From Rhodocyclaceae bacterium (GTDB taxonomy: Bacteria > Pseudomonadota > Gammaproteobacteria > Burkholderiales > Rhodocyclaceae), in the NCBI GenBank assembly GCA_041311015.1, contig JBFYKG010000001.1, forward strand, positions 1,103 to 65,102: DNA of 64,000 bases. Reading direction: 5' to 3'. Positions 18,377 to 26,711 of the stretch are shown here, piece by piece (position 1 is the first letter of the stretch; each line of letters opens with the position of its first letter). The notes below the pieces were generated by a model. That model saw nothing but the letters and a program-made list of their open reading frames with translations. It was not told the origin of the DNA and made no database searches. Both the position numbers and the translations under genes were made by a program.

Positions 18377-21300
18377 TCAGTTCAGACGAAGGTCCAGCGT
18401 CAACGGAAAATCCGGGTTTAGATGACTCGGGTTGACGCGTACGCTGCCCGGAGTATGACCGATCCGGAAAAACCTCGCCAGACGTCGCGCTTCGGCCTCG
18501 TAGGCATTCACCGGGAAGGTGTCGTAATTGCGGCCACCGGGGTGGGCCACATGGTACTGACAGCCCCCCAGAGAACGATGCATCCAGGTATCGACCAGAT
18601 CAAAGGTCAGCGGCGCATGGACACCAATGGTCGGGTGCAAGCAGTTAGGTGGTTGCCAGGCACGATAACGCACACCGGCCACATACTCGCCCTGCACCCC
18701 TGTTGGATGCAATGGCACCACCTCGCCATTACAGGTCACCACATGGCGGCCCTCGACGTAACCATTCACCTTGACCTGGATGCGTTCGAGCGATGAATCC
18801 ACATAACGCACTGTCCCACCCTGCATGCCTTCCTCGCCCATCACATGCCAGGGTTCGAGCGCGACCCTCAGGTCCATGCGGACGTTATGGACATCCATCT
18901 CGCCAATGTGCGGGAACCGGAATTCGAAGTGCGGCGCAAACCACTCGGCCTTGAAGGCATAGCCCGACAGATTCAGTTCTTCGATCACATCGCAGAGATC
19001 GGCCCAGACAAAATGAGGCAGCATGAACCGGTCGTGCAGACCCGTGCCCCAGCGTATCAGACTCGAGGGCTGGTAAGGCTGCTGCCAGAACTTAGCGATG
19101 AGCGCGCGCATCAGCAACTGCTGCGCCAGACTCATGTGGGCATGCGGGGGCATTTCGAAGGCCCGCATCTCCAGCAGGCCCAGTCGACCCGTTGAGCTAT
19201 CCGGTGAGTACAGCTTGTCGATGCAGAACTCGGCCCGGTGGGTATTGCCAGTCACGTCGACTAACAGGTTACGTAGCACCCGGTCGATCATCCACGGCGG
19301 GATGTTATTGAACAGGCCGTTCTGCCGACGCAACTCTTCAAAGGCGACTTCCAGCTCACGCACGGACTCGTGACGCGCCTCATCGACCCGGGGCGCCTGG
19401 CTGGTCGGCCCGATGAAGAGCCCGGAGAACAGATAGGACAACGCCGGGTGGTTGTGCCAGTACGCCACCATACTCGCCAGGAGATCGGGCCGGCGCAGGA
19501 AGGGCGAGTCATTGGGCGTTGCCCCACCCAGCACAAAATGGTTACCACCGCCGGTGCCCGTGTGACGGCCATCGAGCATGAACTTTTCAGTCGACAGGCG
19601 TGTCTGATGCGCGGCATCGTAGAGGAAGTTGGTGTGATGCGTCAGCTCGGCCCAGCTGCTGGCCGGCTGCACGTTGACTTCGATCACCCCGGGGTCGGGC
19701 GTCACGCGCAATACAGTTAAGCGCATATCGCGAGGCGGCTCGTAGCCCTCAATGACCACCGGCAGCCCCATGTTTTCTGCCGTCGCCTCAACCGCCGCCA
19801 ACACCTCGAGGTAGTCCTCCAAGCATAAGGTGGGCGGCATGAAGATATACAGCTTGCCCTGCCGGGGTTCGGCACACATGGCGGTGCGCGTGATCCAGCC
19901 AGCCGACTCGAACATCTGCGGTTTTTTCAACGCCTCCAGCGGATCGCTGGTAACGCGATAGCGCCCCACGCCGACAGCTGCGGACTCCGGTGCTTGCGCG
20001 CCGCCTGCTACACGAATGCGCAGTTGTTCATGCGTCGGCAATGGCGGCTGTTCCACCGTTGGGTCTGGCGCGTTGACATAGGGGAAATCACCCCGAGAAC
20101 ACCAGGGTTGCGAATCCAGCGGCAAGCGGTACCCGAGCGGCGAATCCCCCGGGATCAGGTAACAGCGTTCATCACGCAGGAACCAGGGGCCACTCTGCCA
20201 GCGTTCGCTGCCATAGCTTCGCAGAATCGGCAGCACGTGGCCGATCGTTTTATCCAGGCCCTGCATGTAGACCTTGCGCAAGCGGTCGCGCTCCAGCTCA
20301 TCATCGAGCCTCGAATCAAAGGGATCCACATTCTCTGGCAGACGGCGCTCACGCCACAGGTAATACCAGACATCTTCAAAAGCGGGGAATACCCATTTCT
20401 CGGCAACGCCCAGGCGGATGGCAACGCCTTTGAGGAAAGCCGCAGCATCTTCGGCGGTCACACAATAATCGGTCCGCTCATCGGCGACCAGACTGGGATT
20501 CAACCAGAGAGGTTCGCCATCTTTGCGCCAGAAGATATTGAGCGACCAGCGGGGCAGCTGCTCTCCGGGATACCACTTACCTTGCCCGTAATGCCGAAGA
20601 CCATACGGGGCATATTCGGCGCGGAGCTTGTCGAGCAGCGAGGCGCTGAGCAGGCGTTTCGTTGGGCCCATGGCTTCGGTGTTCCACTCTGCACCATCCC
20701 GGTCATCCACCGAGACAAAGGTGGGCTCACCCCCTTGCGTCAGTCGCACATCCAGGCGGGCCAGATCCGCATCAACCTGGCCACCCATGGCATCGATCTC
20801 AAGCCATGCCTCTTCGGTATAGGGTTTGGTGACACGCGGCGCTTCCCAGATCCGGGTGACCTGCATGCTGTGCTCGAACTCGCACTCGCATTCGTCGAGA
20901 CCGCCCGACACGGGGGCGGCCGAGCTCGGGTCTGGTGAACACGCCACTGGAATATGGCCTTCGCCGGCAAGCAACCCCGAGGTAGGGTCGAGCCCGATCC
21001 AGCCCGCACCGGGCAGATAGACTTCGCACCACGCATGGAGGTCGGTGAAGTCAATTTCAGGGCCCGAGGGACCATCGAGCGATTTGATATCCGGCGCCAG
21101 CTGGATCAGGTAGCCGGAGACAAAGCGTGCAGCCAACCCCAGGTGTCTGAGCAACTGCACCAGCAGCCAGGCCGAATCACGGCAGGAGCCAGAGCGCTTG
21201 GTCAGCGTTTCTTCCGGCGATTGCACACCGGGCTCCATCCGGATCGTGTAGCTAATGTCCTGCTGCAGGCGCTGATTGAGTCCAACGAGAAAATCAATGG

Positions 21301-21721
21301 TCCGCACCTTCTCATGCGGAATCGTTGCGAGATAAGCTCTGAATGCCGGGGTCAGACCCAAACAGGCGCGATAGGGTTGCAACTCGTGCGCCTGTTCTGC
21401 CGGGTAGGAAAACGGAAAGACCTCGGCCTCGGGCTCGAGAAAGAAATCAAAGGGATTGTGGACGGCCATCTCCGCCACAAAATCCACCTCGATTCTGAAT
21501 TCAGTGGTCTTTTCCGGAAAGACCATGCGCGCCAGATAGTTGGCCTGTGGGTCCTGCTGCCAGTTGATAAAGTGCTCACCAGGCAGAACCCGCATCGAGT
21601 AGCTCAGGATCCGGGTTCGCGCATGCGGACAGGGTCTGAGCCGGATGATCTGCGGCCCCAGGTTAATGGGGCGATCGTAGCGATAGTGGGTGACGTGATT
21701 GAGGGCAACGTGAATGGACAC
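18377..21721 (-). CDS. Transglutaminase plus DUF2126 (putative glutamine-synthetase-like amidoligase) fusion
   Basis: GSCRDSAW / DLHAWCEVY / GLDPT triad, followed by GGEPTFVS, TPDPGVIEVN, GTGGGNH and GLLEMRAFEMPPH. Confidence 0.9.
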   Translation of the reverse strand: MSIHVALNHVTHYRYDRPINLGPQIIRLRPCPHARTRILSYSMRVLPGEHFINWQQDPQANYLARMVFPEKTTEFRIEVDFVAEMAVHNPFDFFLEPEAEVFPFSYPAEQAHELQPYRACLGLTPAFRAYLATIPHEKVRTIDFLVGLNQRLQQDISYTIRMEPGVQSPEETLTKRSGSCRDSAWLLVQLLRHLGLAARFVSGYLIQLAPDIKSLDGPSGPEIDFTDLHAWCEVYLPGAGWIGLDPTSGLLAGEGHIPVACSPDPSSAAPVSGGLDECECEFEHSMQVTRIWEAPRVTKPYTEEAWLEIDAMGGQVDADLARLDVRLTQGGEPTFVSVDDRDGAEWNTEAMGPTKRLLSASLLDKLRAEYAPYGLRHYGQGKWYPGEQLPRWSLNIFWRKDGEPLWLNPSLVADERTDYCVTAEDAAAFLKGVAIRLGVAEKWVFPAFEDVWYYLWRERRLPENVDPFDSRLDDELERDRLRKVYMQGLDKTIGHVLPILRSYGSERWQSGPWFLRDERCYLIPGDSPLGYRLPLDSQPWCSRGDFPYVNAPDPTVEQPPLPTHEQLRIRVAGGAQAPESAAVGVGRYRVTSDPLEALKKPQMFESAGWITRTAMCAEPRQGKLYIFMPPTLCLEDYLEVLAAVEATAENMGLPVVIEGYEPPRDMRLTVLRVTPDPGVIEVNVQPASSWAELTHHTNFLYDAAHQTRLSTEKFMLDGRHTGTGGGNHFVLGGATPNDSPFLRRPDLLASMVAYWHNHPALSYLFSGLFIGPTSQAPRVDEARHESVRELEVAFEELRRQNGLFNNIPPWMIDRVLRNLLVDVTGNTHRAEFCIDKLYSPDSSTGRLGLLEMRAFEMPPHAHMSLAQQLLMRALIAKFWQQPYQPSSLIRWGTGLHDRFMLPHFVWADLCDVIEELNLSGYAFKAEWFAPHFEFRFPHIGEMDVHNVRMDLRVALEPWHVMGEEGMQGGTVRYVDSSLERIQVKVNGYVEGRHVVTCNGEVVPLHPTGVQGEYVAGVRYRAWQPPNCLHPTIGVHAPLTFDLVDTWMHRSLGGCQYHVAHPGGRNYDTFPVNAYEAEARRLARFFRIGHTPGSVRVNPSHLNPDFPLTLDLRLN

Positions 21722-21761
21722 AGCACAGCTCCGGAGGGATCATGAACACACCCTCTGTTAC

Positions 21762-21776
21762 GCAAAAGCTGTGCCA
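21762..21776 (-). promoter_or_regulatory. sigma54 (-24/-12) promoter
   Basis: Minus strand TGGCACAGCTTTTGC is a perfect TGGCAC-N5-TTGC match in the 61-bp intergenic gap. Confidence 0.85.
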
Positions 21777-21782
21777 ATGCGC

Positions 21783-22604
21783 CTACTGTTGACCGGCCAA
21801 AGTCTGGATTGAATGCGTGGGACGGGTTTCGGCAACGCTGCCGACCCGCAACGAGACAAGACGCGCCTCTTCTGCGCTGGTCTCTGTCCAAACCGGATTG
21901 GGCAACGCACTGAAGACTTCCTTCAGTTTTTCACCCCAGGTGGTATGGATCTGATCGAAATAGGCGTTGCTGGCATCAATATGACTGAAATGCGTCACTT
22001 CAAGCGTATCGGTCTTGTAGACCAGCATGTCGAGCGGTAGGCCCACCGACAGGTTGGATCGCAGGGTCGAATCCATCGAGACGAGCGCACATTTGGCGGC
22101 ATCGCCCAGCGATGTTTCGGGACGGATCACCCGATCCAGAATCGGTTTGCCGTACTTGGATTCGCCAATCTGAATGTAGGGTTTCTCGTCCGCACACTCG
22201 ATAAAGTTGCCGGCCGAATAGACTTCGAAAATTCGGCAGCGCTCCCGCCCGATCTGGCCACCGACAATCAGACTGCAATTGAAGTCGATCCCGAACTGCT
22301 GCAGGGCCTTGGCATCGCGATGATGCACAAAGCGGACCGCATCACCCACACACTGGGCGACCTCGTACATGGATTGTGCTGCCAGAAGCCCTTTGTCCGA
22401 CTCCATGATCTCTGCCAGATGCTGGCGCACAGCCTGCGTAATTGCCAGATTGCCGGCGGACATCATGACGATGACCCGGTCGCCCGGTCGCTCGACAATA
22501 CTCATCTTGCGGAAGGTACTGATCTGATCGATGCCGGCATTGGTCCGCGCGTCGGAAAGAAATACCAGACCCGCGTCAAGGCGGAGGGCAACACAATAAG
22601 TCAT
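21783..22604 (-). CDS. Proteasome-type NTN protease (Anbu)
   Basis: N-terminal MTYCVA (Thr1 nucleophile), SDARTNAGID, QIGESKYGKPILDR and SMDSTLRSNLSVGLP. Confidence 0.9.
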   Translation of the reverse strand: MTYCVALRLDAGLVFLSDARTNAGIDQISTFRKMSIVERPGDRVIVMMSAGNLAITQAVRQHLAEIMESDKGLLAAQSMYEVAQCVGDAVRFVHHRDAKALQQFGIDFNCSLIVGGQIGRERCRIFEVYSAGNFIECADEKPYIQIGESKYGKPILDRVIRPETSLGDAAKCALVSMDSTLRSNLSVGLPLDMLVYKTDTLEVTHFSHIDASNAYFDQIHTTWGEKLKEVFSALPNPVWTETSAEEARLVSLRVGSVAETRPTHSIQTLAGQQ

Positions 22605-22619
22605 AAGCAGTCAGGGGCG

Positions 22620-23585
22620 TCAGAGAACCAGAAAATCCTGACGCATTCTACCGCCCAGATCATCAATATCGGCGAGTAATCGGGTCAACCAGTCATGTAG
22701 CCCGACCTCGGCGATTTCATCCAGCGTCAGATAGCGCAGCGTGGCCGCCAGCTTGCCGGCCCGACGCCGCGTCTCTTCGGAATTGCCATTCCCCACCAGC
22801 TGCAGGTTAGCGACCACCTCATTCATGCAGGAGGCGATGGAACGGGGCATGTCCGGGTTGAGGATGAGCAGTTCGGCAACGCGGGCACCGCTGATGGTGT
22901 CCCGATACACTTTCCGGTAGGCCTCGAAAGCGGATAGCGAGCGCAGCACGGCCTCCCAGTGATAGAACTCGCGCACCGCAAATTCAGGATCATCCGGATC
23001 GAGCATCCCGGCCTGGGCATCCTGGGTTTCGATCTGATGGAATCGCACGTCGATCATGCGCGCCGTACTATCAGCCCGCTCCAGGAAGGTACCCAGACGG
23101 ATAAAGCGGAAAGCTTCATCCTTGATCATCGTGCCGATGGTGATGCCACGCGAGAGATGCGAACGGAGCTGGACCCATTCGAAGAACTTGCCCGGCTCGG
23201 CCAGTGGCAGGCCTTCGTCACAGAGTTGAAGAAACTCGAGCCAGGTGGCATTGGTTGTTTCCCATAGCCCCGTCGTGATCTGCCCGCGGACGGCCCGCGC
23301 GTTCTCGCGGGCGTTGTGCAGACTGCACCAGATCGAGGAGGGATTCTCTTCATCTAGCACCATAAAGCGGATCACGGACTCGGGATTCACATCGCCAAAC
23401 TTCTTCCGGTAGACCGGCATCAGCTCGGCCAGACCCAGCATACCCGCCAGGCTGGCTTCGGCTTCGCGTTGCTGCCCCGGCAGCAACGACTGCTGCAGAC
23501 CGATATCAATCAGACGCGCTGTGTTTTCGGCGCGCTCGGTATAGCGGGCCATCCAGTACAAACTATCTGCGGTGCGGGAAAGCAT
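22620..23585 (-). CDS. Alpha-E domain protein (DUF403)
   Basis: MLSRTADSLYWMARYTERAEN, ARENARAVR and LGTFLERAD motifs. Confidence 0.9.
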   Translation of the reverse strand: MLSRTADSLYWMARYTERAENTARLIDIGLQQSLLPGQQREAEASLAGMLGLAELMPVYRKKFGDVNPESVIRFMVLDEENPSSIWCSLHNARENARAVRGQITTGLWETTNATWLEFLQLCDEGLPLAEPGKFFEWVQLRSHLSRGITIGTMIKDEAFRFIRLGTFLERADSTARMIDVRFHQIETQDAQAGMLDPDDPEFAVREFYHWEAVLRSLSAFEAYRKVYRDTISGARVAELLILNPDMPRSIASCMNEVVANLQLVGNGNSEETRRRAGKLAATLRYLTLDEIAEVGLHDWLTRLLADIDDLGGRMRQDFLVL

Positions 23586-23640
23586 GGGAACTACCTCGGG
23601 AATTTCTGCAATCGGGTCATAAAGCTAAAGTGATGGCGCA

Positions 23641-25047
23641 TCAATCGGCAGCCACCCAGGTGTCTTTGGTGCCGCCACCCTGGGAGGAGTTCACGACCAG
23701 TGAGCCCTCCTTGAGCGCAACACGCGTCAGGCCGCCGGGCACCATACGCACGCCACTCGGTGAGCTGAGCACAAAGGGGCGCAAATCAATGTGCCGGGGT
23801 GCAATGCCCTTTTCCACCATGGTGGGACAGGTCGACAACGAGAGGGTGGGCTGCGCGATATAGGCATCGGGGTGCGCCTTGAGCTTGGCGCGGAAATCCT
23901 CGATTTCGGCACGCGATGCGGCCGGGCCGATCAGCATGCCGTAGCCGCCGGCACCATGTACCTCCTTGACGACGAGCTTGTCCAGATTGTCGAGCACGTA
24001 CTTCAGGGAATCGGCTTCGGAACAGATATGGGTCGGCACGTTGTGCAGGATCGGCTCCTGCCCCAGATAGAAGCGGATCATGTCCGGCACATACGGGTAG
24101 ATCGACTTATCGTCGGCCACACCCGTGCCGATGGCATTAGCCAGTGTCACACGGCCGGCGCGGTAGGCCCGCATCAGGCCAGGCACGCCGAGCATCGAAT
24201 CCTTGTTAAACACTTCCGGATCCAGATAGTCATCGTCGATACGACGGTAGATGACGTCCACCCGTTTCTTGCCATGCGTGGTGTGCATGTAGACCGTATC
24301 GTCCTCCACCATCAGATCGCGGCCCTCGACCAGCTCGACCCCCATCTGCTGGGCCAGGAAGGCATGTTCGAAATAGGCCGAGTTATAGAGGCCCGGGGTC
24401 AGCACCACCACGGTGGGGTCTTCCAGCGCATCCGGCGCACCCTGACGCAGGGTCTCGAGCAGCAGATCCGGATAATGGGCCACCGGCGCGATGCGGTGTG
24501 CACCAAAGAGGTCCGGGAACAGCCGCATCATCATCTTGCGGTTCTCCAGCATGTACGACACGCCAGACGGTACCCGCAGGTTATCTTCCAGAACGTACCA
24601 CTCGTTCTCGCCCACGCAGACCAGATCGATGCCGGCAATCATGGCGTAAATGCCGGCGGGCACATCCAGATCCAGCATCTCTTTGCGGAACTGGGCATTA
24701 CCCAGCACCCGGTTGGCCGGGATGATGCCGGCACGCAGGATATCGCCACGCCCATAGACATCCTTGAGGAACAGGTTCAGCGCCTGCACCCGCTGCGACA
24801 GCCCCTTCTCAAGACGCGCCCAGTGCGAGGCCGGAATAATTCGGGGCACCAGGTCAAAGGGGATCAGCCGCTCGGTCCCGACATCGTCACCGTACACGGA
24901 GAAGGTGATGCCGACCTGCCGGAAGAGATGATCGGCTTCTGCCTTCTTGCCTTCCAGGAACCCGGAATGGCGCGCAGTCTTCCACCGTTCAAAGCCCTCG
25001 TAGTGGGGGCGGACGGTACCGTTTTCGAGCAACATTTCGTCAAACAT
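23641..25047 (-). CDS. Circularly permuted type 2 ATP-grasp protein
   Basis: LEDNLRVPSGVSYMLENR, NSAYFEH, VIYRRIDD and NSSQGGGTKDTWV; GAGGA RBS before ATG 25047. Confidence 0.92.
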   Translation of the reverse strand: MFDEMLLENGTVRPHYEGFERWKTARHSGFLEGKKAEADHLFRQVGITFSVYGDDVGTERLIPFDLVPRIIPASHWARLEKGLSQRVQALNLFLKDVYGRGDILRAGIIPANRVLGNAQFRKEMLDLDVPAGIYAMIAGIDLVCVGENEWYVLEDNLRVPSGVSYMLENRKMMMRLFPDLFGAHRIAPVAHYPDLLLETLRQGAPDALEDPTVVVLTPGLYNSAYFEHAFLAQQMGVELVEGRDLMVEDDTVYMHTTHGKKRVDVIYRRIDDDYLDPEVFNKDSMLGVPGLMRAYRAGRVTLANAIGTGVADDKSIYPYVPDMIRFYLGQEPILHNVPTHICSEADSLKYVLDNLDKLVVKEVHGAGGYGMLIGPAASRAEIEDFRAKLKAHPDAYIAQPTLSLSTCPTMVEKGIAPRHIDLRPFVLSSPSGVRMVPGGLTRVALKEGSLVVNSSQGGGTKDTWVAAD

Positions 25048-25092
25048 GATCTTCCTCGCCGATGCGAACTGAGAGAGTGCACCCTGACTAAT

Positions 25093-25107
25093 ACAAGAAG
25101 CGTGCCA
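25093..25107 (-). promoter_or_regulatory. sigma54 promoter of the ATP-grasp/alpha-E/Anbu operon
   Basis: Minus strand TGGCACGCTTCTTGT, one mismatch at -12. Confidence 0.75.
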
Positions 25108-25168
25108 ACATCGCGGGGATCCCCCCGGGCGCGCCGAACGACACCGGCACCCGTCTTCGCCCGATACA

Positions 25169-25255
25169 GCACAAGAATGAGGCAACAACCTGACTGTTGC
25201 CGCACGCCACGCACAGACCTGGTGCGGCGGTTCCCCGCGCGCCCCATCCCGGTGC
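25169..25255. promoter_or_regulatory. NtrC-type enhancer sites
   Basis: GCAC-N7-GTGC at 25211-25225, GCCC-N7-GTGC at 25241-25255 (30 bp offset), GCAC-N7-AGGC at 25169-25183. Confidence 0.65.
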
Positions 25256-25292
25256 TCCTGACCTGAGGACGCGCGGATGCTAGGATGGGAAC

Positions 25293-25763
25293 ATGCACTC
25301 GATACTGACCTGGATCCTCAACGGCACGCTGATCGCCCTGGCCGTGTTCATTCACTATGAAACGCTGTACAGCCTCGCCAGCGCGCTGCCGCGTCTGACA
25401 CGCATCCCGCCGCGCTACCGGGTGCTGCTGGGTGTCTTTGCCATTCTGGTGGCACACGCGGTCGAAATCTGGGTCTTTGCCTTCGGCTACTTCGCCATGA
25501 TCAACATGGGCATGGGCACGCTGTTCGGCATGACGACGCCGGACCTGCTGAGTGATTGCGTCTATCTGTCGTGGATTGCCTTCACGACCGTCGGCTTTGG
25601 CGATGTGGCCGCCAATGGTGACCTGCGCTTCCTACCCGGCCTCGAGGCACTGACCGGGTTCGTGCTGATCACCTGGTCAGCCTCGTTCCTGTTCATTGAA
25701 ATGCAGAAGTTCTGGCCGATGAGCCGCCACATCGAGCACCCGCCCGGCCCCCGGGATCACTAG
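25293..25763 (+). CDS. Small potassium-channel-family protein
   Basis: Pore helix and filter YLSWIAFTTVGFGD flanked by TM helices. Confidence 0.85.
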   Translation: MHSILTWILNGTLIALAVFIHYETLYSLASALPRLTRIPPRYRVLLGVFAILVAHAVEIWVFAFGYFAMINMGMGTLFGMTTPDLLSDCVYLSWIAFTTVGFGDVAANGDLRFLPGLEALTGFVLITWSASFLFIEMQKFWPMSRHIEHPPGPRDH

Positions 25764-25877
25764 CACCCCGCGTTGCGGCCTGCGCGAATGCTAAAATCCG
25801 GGTTGTGAGTGCCCGCGTCCACGCCCCTGGCGTCTGTGACGTGACGGCAAGTTTCCAGCCCCCTAGAGCACCCCCGC

Positions 25878-26702
25878 ATGGATACCGTTCTGCTGCTTAA
25901 AGCCATGATTCTCGGCATCGTCGAGGGTCTGACCGAGTTTCTCCCGATTTCTTCAACTGGCCACCTGATCCTGGCGGGTGATCTGCTCGACTTCAACGAT
26001 GAGGCCGGCAAGGTCTTCGAGATCGTCATCCAGTTCGGAGCCATCCTTGCGGTGATCTGGGAATACCGTGCCCGCCTGTGGGAAACCGTGTCGTCGTGCA
26101 CGACCAGTCGTAAATCCCAACGGTTCCTGATCAATGTGGGGGTTGCCTTCCTGCCCCTGGCCGGACTCGGCTTTCTGTTCCATAAAACGATCAAGGCCCA
26201 TCTGTTCAATCCGATCTCGGTTGCAGCGGCCTTCATCATCGGCGGCCTCATCATCTTCTGGGCCGAGCGGCGTCAACACCATGTGCGGGTGCCTTCGGTG
26301 GATGATATGACCCTGAAGGACGCGCTCATGCTTGGCTGCATTCAGGCGCTGGCGCTCATCCCCGGCACCTCGCGCTCCGGTGCCACGATCATCGGCGGCC
26401 TGCTCATGGGCCTGTCGCGTAAAGCGGCTACCGAGTTCTCGTTCTTTCTCGCCATCCCGACGCTGGGCGTGGCCACGGTGTATCAGGTCTATAAGGAATG
26501 GGCAACGATCCAGAACACCGATCTAGGCATGTGGGCCGTGGGCTTTGCCTCGGCGTTCATTTCCGCCTTCCTCTGTATCCGCTGGTTGTTGCGCTATATC
26601 ACCACGCACAATTTCATCATCTTCGCGTGGTACCGGATCATCTTCGGCGTGGTCGTGCTGGTGACAGCCTATACCGGCCTGGTCAGCTGGTCTGCCCACT
26701 AG
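25878..26702 (+). CDS. uppP: Undecaprenyl-diphosphate phosphatase
   Basis: [17 protein letters not shown] and PGTSRSG motifs. Confidence 0.97.
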   Translation: MDTVLLLKAMILGIVEGLTEFLPISSTGHLILAGDLLDFNDEAGKVFEIVIQFGAILAVIWEYRARLWETVSSCTTSRKSQRFLINVGVAFLPLAGLGFLFHKTIKAHLFNPISVAAAFIIGGLIIFWAERRQHHVRVPSVDDMTLKDALMLGCIQALALIPGTSRSGATIIGGLLMGLSRKAATEFSFFLAIPTLGVATVYQVYKEWATIQNTDLGMWAVGFASAFISAFLCIRWLLRYITTHNFIIFAWYRIIFGVVVLVTAYTGLVSWSAH

Positions 26703-26711
26703 GTTGCTTGC

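Noticed and set aside
23791-25266. 491-aa plus-strand ORF
   Set aside because: Antisense shadow of the ATP-grasp gene, as expected from high-GC codon bias; no recognisable motifs.
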